Source: Deltaproteobacteria bacterium (GTDB lineage Bacteria > Myxococcota_A > Polyangia > Polyangiales > Houyiibacteriaceae). Taken from it: a stretch of 33,777 nt of DNA. The translations under genes were made by a program, and so were the position numbers. Positions 1 to 8,173 of the stretch are shown here, piece after piece. The notes beneath the pieces were generated by a model. The model saw only the letters and a program-made list of their open reading frames with translations, ran no database searches and was not told the origin of the DNA. Location of the stretch: positions 1 to 33,777 of the forward strand of contig JAXMNT010000070.1 in the NCBI GenBank assembly GCA_034670305.1, given 5' to 3'. The first letter of the stretch is position 1, and each line of letters opens with the position of its first letter.

Positions 1-60
1 TCCGCTGGGCATCGCGCTCCGATTCGCGCCTCGCCGTCGCGAAACACACGGCGTCCACGA

Positions 61-124
61 CGCGGGCAAGGGCACGGGCAAGGGCAACGGCAAGGGAGCA
101 GGTCGCTTTTCAGCGACCTGCTAG
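61..124 (-). repeat. CTAG-anchored hairpin plus TGCCC-type hexamer tail (repeat family 3, copy 1)
   Basis: Minus strand reads CTAGCAGGTCGCTGAAAAGCGACCTGCT then CCCTTGCCGTTGCCCTTGCCCGTGCCCTTGCCCGCG. Perfect 11-bp stem at 97-122. Related copies at 8109-8164 and 33654-33735. Confidence 0.65.
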
Positions 125-432
125 GCGAGGAGGCTTCGGACTTTTTCGACGATCATCGTCTCGGACTTCGAGGTCTCGCCATCGGCGCCGGCGGCGCGTT
201 CCACCGCTTCGAGAAGTTGCCCTTTGGCGGCGGGGCTGAGGGCACCCACGCGCTCCTCCACGGGGCTGTCCATGTTGATCCCGCTGAGTGCCGCTTTTCG
301 GGCGGCGTCGTCCAGCTTCAACTCGTCCATCAGCCGGTCGAGGTGCTCGCGCTCTGCGTCTCCGAGGACGCCATCGGAGATGAGTACCTGGCCGATGATT
401 TGAACGAAACGGGTGCAGTCTTCCGGGGTCAT
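121..432 (-). CDS. TerB-like (tellurite resistance TerB/DjlA N-terminal fold) small protein
   Basis: 103 aa with two TerB-type motifs, ISDGVLGDAERE and ADGETSKSE. Promoter-like TTGCGC-N17-CACGAT lies 6 nt upstream. Confidence 0.7.
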   Translation of the reverse strand: MTPEDCTRFVQIIGQVLISDGVLGDAEREHLDRLMDELKLDDAARKAALSGINMDSPVEERVGALSPAAKGQLLEAVERAAGADGETSKSETMIVEKVRSLLA

Positions 433-438
433 GGGTGC

Positions 439-467
439 ATCGTGCCCAGCCGCAGACGTGCGCGCAA
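439..467 (-). promoter_or_regulatory. sigma70-like promoter giving a probably leaderless transcript of the TerB-like gene
   Basis: Minus strand TTGCGC (467-462), 17 nt, CACGAT (444-439), 6 nt, ATG (432). Confidence 0.5.
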
Positions 468-473
468 CCCATG

Positions 474-499
474 AAAAACGCCGCCCCGGGGGGCGGCGT
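474..499 (-). terminator. Intrinsic terminator downstream of tRNA-Met
   Basis: GC-rich inverted repeat ACGCCGCCC/GGGCGGCGT followed by a T-run on the minus strand, about 15 nt after the tRNA CCA. Confidence 0.8.
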
Positions 500-513
500 G
501 ATTCGTTCTACGG

Positions 514-590
514 TGGTGGCGATGGCTGGAGTTGAACCAGCGACCTAGCGCGTATGAAACGCCCGCTCTAGCCACCTGAGCTACATCGCC
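514..590 (-). tRNA. tRNA-Met (CAT), elongator type
   Basis: Reverse complement is GGCGATGTAGCTCAGGTGGCTAGAGCGGGCGTTTCATACGCGCTAGGTCGCTGGTTCAACTCCAGCCATCGCCACCA. It has a 7-bp acceptor stem with G1-C72, D arm, CAT anticodon, GGTTCAA T-loop and encoded CCA. No C1:A72 mismatch or triple G-C anticodon pairs, so not the initiator. Ile2 is not fully excluded. Confidence 0.93.
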
Positions 591-601
591 AAGCGCGGCG
601 C

Positions 602-629
602 AGTATGCTTATGCGCGGTCGCGCGTCAA
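602..629 (-). promoter_or_regulatory. sigma70 promoter of tRNA-Met
   Basis: Minus strand TTGACG (629-624), 16 nt, CATACT (607-602), then a GC-rich discriminator 11 nt before the tRNA 5' end. Confidence 0.6.
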
Positions 630-643
630 GTGGGTGAGGGCGG

Positions 644-1645
644 CTACTCGCAGGCGCCGGTGTGGTCGAGTCCGACCCGGGCGCCCCGGCGCTCGCAGTC
701 GTTGGAGTACGTGACACCGTTGCAGCCGCAGACGGGTGCGTACTCGCGGGTGCAGAACGGACCTTCCGGCACGACGCAGACGCCGGCCGCGTCGGCCCAG
801 CAGCCTTCGCCCGAGTAGTCGCACTCGAGGCCTTCGTCGCAGCGCAGGCCGGCGATGCCGCCACACGTGGCGCCTTCGCCACTCGTCATCCGGCATTCGC
901 CCGACCGCTCCACCGAGATGCCGTGGTTGGCTGCGGCACACGCGTTCGAGTAGGTGCGGCCGTCACAACCGCAGACCGGGTCGTAGTGGGCGGGGCAGGC
1001 TTCGGGCATCGGCGCGCAGACACCGGGGTGGTCGGCGCGACCGCACATCGCTTCGGGGGCCCAGCTGCAGAACTCACCGTCGGGGCAGGGTCCGAGGCCA
1101 CGGCTGCCACATGCCTGGGGTGCGGGGGGCGGTGCGTCGGGGTCGAAGCAGTTGCCGTCGGCGTCGTTGCAGCTGACGGTCAGGTGGTAGGTGAGGTCCG
1201 GGCGCTCGCCGTAGGCGAGGTAGTCGTAGCTGGAGGCGAGCGCGAGGTAGGCGCCCGGCTCGAGGGCCATCTGCAGGCAGCTGTTGAGCGATCCGCGGCA
1301 GTCGTCGTTCGCGGCGATGCGCACCCAGCGGCGGCGCTCCCAGCGGTAGAGGATGAGGTAGGTGTCGCCGCCGTCACGGCTGGCGAGGTCGAGGAACATG
1401 TCGTCGCACCCGGCTTCGAGTTCGAAGCTCCACAGGTGGTAGGCGAGCCGGTCGTCGAGGTCGCGCTCGAGCGTGTCGCACCAGTCCAGGTTGCCCTGGT
1501 AGGGACCGTGGCCATCGGCCGCGGAGTCGCCGTGCACTTCGAGTTCGGCGGAGGAGAGCTCGTCGTCGGAGCCGGGTTTCACGGGCTGCGCCGCACACCC
1601 TGCGAGGGCGACGACGAGCATGGTGGAGACGGTACGGGAAGTCAT
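644..1645 (-). CDS. Lipoprotein with a PPC-like domain and two Kazal-type protease-inhibitor domains
   Basis: Start reassigned to MTSRTVSTMLVVALAGC (lipobox). DTYLILY...AANDD is a PPC-like segment. Kazal motifs are CPAHYDPVCGCDGRTYSNAC and CTREYAPVCGCNGVTYSNDC. Confidence 0.8.
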   Translation of the reverse strand: MTSRTVSTMLVVALAGCAAQPVKPGSDDELSSAELEVHGDSAADGHGPYQGNLDWCDTLERDLDDRLAYHLWSFELEAGCDDMFLDLASRDGGDTYLILYRWERRRWVRIAANDDCRGSLNSCLQMALEPGAYLALASSYDYLAYGERPDLTYHLTVSCNDADGNCFDPDAPPPAPQACGSRGLGPCPDGEFCSWAPEAMCGRADHPGVCAPMPEACPAHYDPVCGCDGRTYSNACAAANHGISVERSGECRMTSGEGATCGGIAGLRCDEGLECDYSGEGCWADAAGVCVVPEGPFCTREYAPVCGCNGVTYSNDCERRGARVGLDHTGACE

Positions 1646-1950
1646 GCCGAGGGTCGAGCAACCTCCGTGCCGACGCGCGCCACTCAGAATTTGCGAGCGG
1701 AATCGGACGCTGTCCGGGGCCACCGCACTGGTCATGGAAACTCGGTCAGCCAGTACGAAGCTTTCACAGCGCGTGTTCTTGCGGGCATTGCCAGCACTCG
1801 CAGCCGGTTCGCTCGACTGGCCCTGAGTTCGCGCCAGAGCGTCTCGATGGACGCACGTGTGGCGCGGGCCACGTGTCTCCGGGACCGATGGCGAGAGAGT
1901 TTGGAGATGGCGAGCGTGTGACCCGAGCCCGCTCGCGGAGCGAGCCAGCC

Positions 1951-2859
1951 TCAGTCGGTCGCGTCGGCGACGCAGGTGCCGCCGCCGCAGTCGTCGGTGC
2001 AGATCCACAGACCGCCCTCCGACGAGCAGCCGCAGGTCGAGCTCGCGCAGCCGCGATCGACACAGCTTTCACCGCGCGGGCAACCGCGGGCGTGGCAGCC
2101 ACCCGGATGCGGGTCTTCGCATCCAGCGGCGCTGCACTGGTTGCCAAAACAACAGCTCGGGTCGCCGGGCGGGCACCAGTCCCAGCAGAACGCGCCGGCG
2201 TAGCATTCGCCACGCTCGCAGTCCGAGTCGGACTCACAGTCGTTGATGGGCGCGCACGCGCAGGGGCTGCAGCCGTTGCGGCGGTAGACGCTCCAGCCTT
2301 CCGGGCACGCGATGCGGCAGACGAGGCCACTGTTGTCGCACACCTCGCATGCACCGTCCTCGCACCACGCTTCGCCCGAGGTGCACTCTGCATCGGTGCG
2401 GCAAGAACCCGCTGGCGCGCAGTCGCTGTGGGCCCGCTCGCACTCGGCTTCGCTGTTGTAGCGGTCCTCGCAGTCGGCGCCGAGACATCGGCACCAAGGG
2501 CTGAACGCGCAGGTGTTGCCATCCCAGTGCCATCGCGGCGCCGGCCGCTCGGTCGGGCCGCAGGGTTCGCCTTCGGTCACGTCCATCGGATCGCAGTGGC
2601 CGTCGCCGGCATCGGAGCCCGGGCCGGAGTCGGTCGCAGCGTCTGCCGTCGAGGGCGCGTCTTCGCCGGCGCCGCCGTCGTCCGAGCTGGGCGCGTCTTC
2701 CCCGGGACTGGAGTCCAGCACCGCGCCGGTGTCGCTCGCGGCCGCGTCGACGGAACCCGTGTCGCGCCGCCCCGCGTCCTCACTCGGAGGACCGTCGTTG
2801 CTGCTGCAGGCAGCCGCCGAGACACACACCAGAACCAATGCACCACGAAGCCAATTCAT
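1951..2859 (-). CDS. Cys-rich lipoprotein with Kunitz-like and antistasin-like segments
   Basis: Lipobox AAAC, Asp/Ala/Gly linker, then RWHWDGNTC...RYNSEAEC and CRIACPEGW...NGCSPCAC. TTGCCG-N16-CATACT lies 6 nt upstream. Confidence 0.7.
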   Translation of the reverse strand: MNWLRGALVLVCVSAAACSSNDGPPSEDAGRRDTGSVDAAASDTGAVLDSSPGEDAPSSDDGGAGEDAPSTADAATDSGPGSDAGDGHCDPMDVTEGEPCGPTERPAPRWHWDGNTCAFSPWCRCLGADCEDRYNSEAECERAHSDCAPAGSCRTDAECTSGEAWCEDGACEVCDNSGLVCRIACPEGWSVYRRNGCSPCACAPINDCESDSDCERGECYAGAFCWDWCPPGDPSCCFGNQCSAAGCEDPHPGGCHARGCPRGESCVDRGCASSTCGCSSEGGLWICTDDCGGGTCVADATD

Positions 2860-2943
2860 CTGTGCAGTATGGGCGACTGCCGCGGTTCGGCAACGCCCCG
2901 CAGCGCCATGAATGGCACGCCGTGCCCGACGCGTGCGTTCAGG

Positions 2944-3570
2944 TCAGATGAGGTGGTCGAGCGTCTTGCGCGCTTCGGCTTCGTAGCCGGACGAGTCCAT
3001 GCCGTTGGCTTGGCACGCGCGCGCGAGGAAGCGGTAGAGCACCGCTTTGGTCGCCGGGCCCGACTGCGCGGCACGCTTCGCGACCTTGTCGAGCGCGGCC
3101 GGGTCGACTCCTTGGCCAGCCACGCCACGCGCCACCATCTGGGCATCGGTGGCGATCTTCTTCACGAGGCCGCTCAACGCGCCGCCTTCGGTCTGGATGC
3201 GCGTCGCGACCGCTTCCATGCCCTCGAGGTCCCGCGCTTCGGTCCGGTGCGCGAGCAGTCCCGCGTACGCTTGCACGCGCAGCTGGGTGACGACGTTGAG
3301 CATGCCCTCGGCGGCCTGCGCTTCGGCTTCGAGCGCGTCGAAGTCGCCGAGAATGGCCAGCCATGCGTACCGCTCGAGCTGGTTGATCAGCTTCTGCGCG
3401 GAGACCTTGCCGTGGATGGGCTTGACGTAGGAGTCGAGCGCCGCGCGCGCCTCCGGCCCGCCCGCACGGATGGCCTCCATCACCTTCGCGCCGCCTTTTC
3501 GCTGCTGGTAGAGGCGCACCGCCACCATGACGAGGCCCACCACCAGACCAATGATCGCTCCCTGGAGCAT
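2944..3570 (-). CDS. Hypothetical protein with an N-terminal transmembrane anchor and helical body
   Basis: 208 aa, hydrophobic N-terminus, GGAGG Shine-Dalgarno upstream, GC-rich third codon positions. Confidence 0.7.
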   Translation of the reverse strand: MLQGAIIGLVVGLVMVAVRLYQQRKGGAKVMEAIRAGGPEARAALDSYVKPIHGKVSAQKLINQLERYAWLAILGDFDALEAEAQAAEGMLNVVTQLRVQAYAGLLAHRTEARDLEGMEAVATRIQTEGGALSGLVKKIATDAQMVARGVAGQGVDPAALDKVAKRAAQSGPATKAVLYRFLARACQANGMDSSGYEAEARKTLDHLI

Positions 3571-3634
3571 GCTCTTGTTCCTCCCGCACTGCGCTCCCGT
3601 GAGTTTGTGGGAACGGCGCGCAGCGTTCTATACG

Positions 3635-4981
3635 TCAGTCCGCCCCGATGCGCCCCCTCCACAGCCGCCAGGTACCAGCGGCAGTCGGCGCGAACGCGAA
3701 CGCGAGCGCGATGGCCAGCGCGCACGTGGCTGGCAGCGCGGGGTGGATCCATCCGGAGGCGACCACGAGGAGCACGGTGCACGCGACCCAGCCGAGCCGC
3801 TTTCGGTTCATGAGCCGTCCGAGGTGCGGGTACGTCTGACCGAACGCGGTCATGAAGACGACCACCATGCCCACCAGCAAACCGGCGACCAACGGGTCTG
3901 AGAAGAGCCGCAGCGCACACAGCGTCACCACCGCGCCGACGGTGCTCGGCACCCCCGCGAATCCCTTCGCGTCCCCACCGCTCTTCGCGCGGAGCGTGAA
4001 GTGGACGAGCCGCAGGATCACCATGCTGGCGTAGAGCACGCCCACGACCGCACCGGTCACACCACCGAAGGTGGCCCACAACGCGAACCCCGGCGCGATG
4101 CCAAAGCTGAACCCATCCGCGAAGTCGTCCGCGAGCATGCCGAGGCGCGAACCGCCCCACCGGCGCGCCGCCGCGCCATCGAACCCGTCGCAGAGGATGC
4201 TGCCCGCCAACCACAGAAGCGCGAGATCCAAGCGGTGGTGCGCGGCGTGAAACGCAACGCCGACCCCGCAGAGCAAGTTGCCGAGGCTGAGCATATCGGC
4301 GAAGTGCCGACGGCCGAGGACCCTCAGATTGTAGAGCGCGACCACGCTCGAGAACGTCACGCTCGCCACGAGCAAGCCGGTCGCGCGCGCCGGTGTCACC
4401 AGATCCGGGCACCAGCCCTGGCCGACGAACAAGAGGGCCAAGAGCACCGAGTAGCTGAGCACGGTGCGCACGCGGTTCTCGGTGCTGCCGAAGCCGCGCA
4501 TGAAGAGCACCAGCAACAGCAGATCGACGCCGAACTTGGCGACGATCCACCCTGGGTGTACGAGCCGCACCGAGTACGCACCCACGATCAAGAGCATCGG
4601 CACGTCGGTCACCCGATCCCACACCCGCCCGAACGTCGTCTCGGCGTCGCGGCCCCGCGCGACGACGCCATCCAAGTAGTCGCATGCCGCGAACCCGCCG
4701 AAGAGCGTCACCGTGAGCACGAGCGCGTGGGCCGAGCCGTGCGCGAGCACCGGCACGAGCAAGGCCGTCAGCAGAAGCTTCGCGCCGGAGAGGACGTTCG
4801 CGCTCACGGGCGACCGCTGGCCGAGCGCGCGTTCGAAACGGGCGAGCCGGCTCGACCGAAAGAGCAACCGATGTTCGGCGCGGTCGTGACCGCTCGCCAA
4901 GCGGTCTTCTTCGGGGGCGCTTTGGTCGGGCGCGGGCGCCGGGCGGGGAACCGGAGTGCAGTCGTCTTCGAGCGTGGCCAT
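3635..4981 (-). CDS. Tandem double CDP-alcohol phosphatidyltransferase (PgsA-like plus PssA-like fusion)
   Basis: Two complete DxxDGxxAR...GxxxDxxxD motifs: DYLDGVVARGRDAETTFGRVWDRVTD and DGFDGAAARRWGGSRLGMLADDFAD. The second half has PssA-like SFGIAP, RLVHF and FAGVPS. Many TM helices. Start placed at MATLEDD behind GAGGGG. Confidence 0.85.
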   Translation of the reverse strand: MATLEDDCTPVPRPAPAPDQSAPEEDRLASGHDRAEHRLLFRSSRLARFERALGQRSPVSANVLSGAKLLLTALLVPVLAHGSAHALVLTVTLFGGFAACDYLDGVVARGRDAETTFGRVWDRVTDVPMLLIVGAYSVRLVHPGWIVAKFGVDLLLLVLFMRGFGSTENRVRTVLSYSVLLALLFVGQGWCPDLVTPARATGLLVASVTFSSVVALYNLRVLGRRHFADMLSLGNLLCGVGVAFHAAHHRLDLALLWLAGSILCDGFDGAAARRWGGSRLGMLADDFADGFSFGIAPGFALWATFGGVTGAVVGVLYASMVILRLVHFTLRAKSGGDAKGFAGVPSTVGAVVTLCALRLFSDPLVAGLLVGMVVVFMTAFGQTYPHLGRLMNRKRLGWVACTVLLVVASGWIHPALPATCALAIALAFAFAPTAAGTWRLWRGRIGAD

Positions 4982-5143
4982 GCGCCCCTCAAAGCAGGGC
5001 CCGTGCCGAAACGGCCCCTCGGCCGGAATCATTGACCAAATCGTGACCGACTGGTCATTCTTGGTCGAGATGCGGTCGAATCGCACCCGTTTTTGGGCGG
5101 AAGGTGCGCAGTCTGCGACGCGGTGCGTCGTGCGCTGCGCGGC

Positions 5144-6196
5144 TCAGCCGACCAGTTCGACCAGCTTCGGCGCGATGTCTTCGAGCGCGAGCACGCCCTC
5201 GGCGATCCCGAGATCGACCACCGCTTTGGGCATGCCCCACACCACCGAGGTGGCCTGATCTTGAGCGAACACCCGAGCGCCACTCGCCTTGGCGGCCTGA
5301 CTCCCGAGCGCACCGTCTTTGCCCATCCCGGTCATCACCACGATTTGCAGCCGCGCACCCAGCAAGCGCGATGCGGCTTGAAGGGTCACGTCCGCGCTCG
5401 GGCGGCATCCGTGCACTGGCGCGCTGTCGCTGAGCCGAACCCGGCCGGCCGAATCGAACACCAGGTGATGATCGCCCGGGGCGATCAGCACGCGGCCGGG
5501 GGAGAGTTCGTCTCCGGCCTCGGCCTCTTTGACGTCGACTGCGCTGATCCCGTCGAGGCGTTTGGCGAGCGCTTTGGTGAACGCCTTCGGCATGTGCTGC
5601 ACGATGATCACCGGCGCCGGAAAGTCGGCGGGCAGGCGCGGCACGACCTTCTCGAGTGCCGCCGGGCCACCGGTCGAGATGGCGAGCAACACGACCTTCT
5701 CTCGCCCGCTGGTCGGCCGGGCTCTGCGCGCCGTCGACGGCTTCGGTGCGACGGGCCGAACCGACGTTCGTTTGACCTCTTCGCCGCGCGGCTTGGAGAG
5801 CGAGGCCGCGCGGATCTTGCGGAAGAGTTCTTCCTTCACTCCGCTCAGATCGGTCGAGACCTCCCCGTCCGGTTTGGTGATGAAATCGACAGCGCCCGCG
5901 GCCAATGCGTCCAGCGTCTCCTGCGCGCCTTGCTGGGTGTGCGCGGACAACATCAGGATCGGCACCGGCTTGCGGGCGAAGATCGCACGGATGGCCTCGA
6001 CCCCATTCATGCGCGGCATGTTGAAGTCCATCGTCACGACGTCGGGGTTGAGCAACGCGACCTTCTCGACCGCCTCGGCGCCGTCCTTGGCTTGGCCGAT
6101 CACCTCGATCTTCGGGTGGCTCTCGAGCGTGCGTTTGACGGCGATGCGCATGAACGCACTGTCGTCGACCACGAGGACACGGATCTTATCGGACAA
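5144..6196 (-). CDS. cheB: Chemotaxis response regulator protein-glutamate methylesterase CheB
   Basis: Receiver domain IRVLVVDDSAFMR...DVVTMDFNMP. Methylesterase catalytic motifs AISTGGP, VQHMP and MTGMGKDG, plus QDQATSVVWGMP. TTG start inferred. Confidence 0.95.
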   Translation of the reverse strand: MSDKIRVLVVDDSAFMRIAVKRTLESHPKIEVIGQAKDGAEAVEKVALLNPDVVTMDFNMPRMNGVEAIRAIFARKPVPILMLSAHTQQGAQETLDALAAGAVDFITKPDGEVSTDLSGVKEELFRKIRAASLSKPRGEEVKRTSVRPVAPKPSTARRARPTSGREKVVLLAISTGGPAALEKVVPRLPADFPAPVIIVQHMPKAFTKALAKRLDGISAVDVKEAEAGDELSPGRVLIAPGDHHLVFDSAGRVRLSDSAPVHGCRPSADVTLQAASRLLGARLQIVVMTGMGKDGALGSQAAKASGARVFAQDQATSVVWGMPKAVVDLGIAEGVLALEDIAPKLVELVG

Positions 6197-6270
6197 GCTG
6201 AACTTCTCTCTCGCGTGGAACCGCTTCGCGCGCCGCCGGTCGTGACGTCGCCCGAAGGTGGCTGCGGAAA

Positions 6271-8031
6271 CTACCAGTCGTCGTCGTCGTCGTCGACGAA
6301 GCCTTGCAGCACGTAGCCGGTGACCGGTTCGTCGATGCCTTTGAGCTTCAGTCCCTCGAGCGGCTCGACCTTCACGACCGCTTCGACCAGCGCGTAGGTG
6401 TCGGCGCTCAGCAGCACCCCGCCTTTGGGGCAGTTGGACTCGTGGCGCTGGGCCCGGTTCACGGTGTCGCCGATCACGGTGTAGTCGCGCCGCACGAAGC
6501 GGCTCCCGAGATCTCCGCGCACACACGGTCCAGAGTTCACCCCCACGCGCATGACGAGCGGGTCGCCTTCGATCGTGGCGTTGAACACATCGAGTGCGCG
6601 CTGCATCTCCCACGCCGCACGTGCGGCTCGAACCGCGTGGCTCTCTTCGTGTTCGGGCGCGTCCTCGAACACCGCCATGATCGCGTCGCCGATGAACTTG
6701 TCGATGTCGCCGCCGCGGGCCTGGATGACGGGGCACATCGCGTCGAAGTAGCCGTTGAGTTTCTCGACCACCGCGCTCGCTTCCATCTTTGCGCTCATGG
6801 AGGTGAACCCCGCCAGATCGCTGAAGAGCACGCTCATGGTCCCTTCGCTCACGCGGTAGCCAAACATGTCTCCGTCCGCCTGCGCCTCCGCCGCTTTCAC
6901 GCCCGCCTGCGAGATGTAGAGCCGCGACGCGTCCTTGTACGCGCGCAGTCGCCGCTCCGCGAGCATGCGCTCCACCATCGCGACGCACTTGTCGGCGCTG
7001 AACGGTTTCACCAAGTACGCGGTCAGACCTGCGGCCCGCATCTGCGCGCGGTCTCGTTTGGTGTCGCGCGCGGTCAACATCAACACCGGGGTGTCGCGGG
7101 TGCCTTCGCGTCGCTTGAGTGCATGCACCAGTTCGAAGCCGGTCATGTGCGGCATGTCGTAGTCGGTCACGACGAGCTCGAACCGGGTGTCGCTCGCCTC
7201 GAGCACATCGAGCGCGTGGCGGCCGTCGTGGGCCGTGACGACCTCGAATCCCTGCCGGGTCAGCGCGTCGGCGACGAGGTGCCGGATCGCCGGCGAGTCG
7301 TCCACCACCAGCACCGGCTCGCGGCCACCCAGGCTCACCTCCGCGAGCAGGTCACGCACCCGCCCGAGCAGATCCTCCGGCACCACGGGTTTGACCAGGT
7401 AGTCGTCTGCGCCCGCGTCGAACCCGCGCTCGAGGTCGGCGGTCTCGCCGAGCGACGAACAGATCAGCACCGGCATGTGGCTCGTCTGCGCGTTCGTCTT
7501 GAGCGCGTGACACACCTGGTAGCCATCGAGGTGCGGCATCTCCACGTCGGTGATCACCAGGTCCGGCCGCGTCGCGGACACTTGCTTCAACGCTTCGGCG
7601 CCGTCGTACGCGTGCACGACTTCGTACCCTTGCTCCTCGAGCATGGGGGTGACGTGGCGGTGTACGAGTTCGCTGTCGTCCGCCAGGAGCACCACCGCTC
7701 GGTCGCGCGTCGAGACCCCAAGCGCGCCCACCACTTCGTTGGCTTGAAACGGCACCCGCAAGAAACCCGAGAGCCGCGCCGCCCGCGCCGCCTCCCGATC
7801 CGTCTCCTCGGTCGAGACGAGCACCAACGGCACCTTCGACTCCAGATCGAGGCAATCCCCGCCCGGCAACCGGCGCGCGACAAACGCCATCGCCGGCATC
7901 GGCTCAGACGCGAGTGCCGTCACCAGCGCGGCCCGCTCCCGCACACAGACCGGCTCGTGCCCCGCCGCGCGAAGCGGCCCCGCGAGCGCCTCCATCAACG
8001 TGCTGGTGGCAGATGCAACGACGACGCGCAT
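6271..8031 (-). CDS. Multi-receiver class III adenylate/guanylate cyclase (pseudo-REC, REC, REC, cyclase)
   Basis: REC2 DLVITDVEMP and REC3 ELVVTDYDMP. Cyclase motifs LFSDLAGFT, DKFIGDAIMA and DYTVIGDTVNRAQR. The Lys/Asp specificity pair suggests ATP as substrate. Confidence 0.92.
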   Translation of the reverse strand: MRVVVASATSTLMEALAGPLRAAGHEPVCVRERAALVTALASEPMPAMAFVARRLPGGDCLDLESKVPLVLVSTEETDREAARAARLSGFLRVPFQANEVVGALGVSTRDRAVVLLADDSELVHRHVTPMLEEQGYEVVHAYDGAEALKQVSATRPDLVITDVEMPHLDGYQVCHALKTNAQTSHMPVLICSSLGETADLERGFDAGADDYLVKPVVPEDLLGRVRDLLAEVSLGGREPVLVVDDSPAIRHLVADALTRQGFEVVTAHDGRHALDVLEASDTRFELVVTDYDMPHMTGFELVHALKRREGTRDTPVLMLTARDTKRDRAQMRAAGLTAYLVKPFSADKCVAMVERMLAERRLRAYKDASRLYISQAGVKAAEAQADGDMFGYRVSEGTMSVLFSDLAGFTSMSAKMEASAVVEKLNGYFDAMCPVIQARGGDIDKFIGDAIMAVFEDAPEHEESHAVRAARAAWEMQRALDVFNATIEGDPLVMRVGVNSGPCVRGDLGSRFVRRDYTVIGDTVNRAQRHESNCPKGGVLLSADTYALVEAVVKVEPLEGLKLKGIDEPVTGYVLQGFVDDDDDDW

Positions 8032-8108
8032 AGGCGGGGATCTATACCACCTCGCAGAAGCTCGCAGACCGTCCCTTGCCCGCGGGTCGCGTTCGCTGGG
8101 CGCGTGGC

Positions 8109-8164
8109 GGCACCGGCACGGGCACCGGCGCGCGGGCAGCGTCGATTTTCAGCGACCCTGCTAG
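8109..8164 (-). repeat. CTAG-anchored hairpin plus hexamer tail (repeat family 3, copy 2, degenerate)
   Basis: Minus strand CTAGCAGGGTCGCTGAAAATCGACGCTGC followed by GGTGCCCGTGCCGGTGCC. Confidence 0.5.
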
Positions 8165-8173
8165 CCTCTTGGC

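Noticed and set aside
514-590. tRNA-Met as the attachment site of an integrated element
   Set aside because: No integrase and no duplicated tRNA 3' end in the window, and the native terminator directly follows the tRNA.
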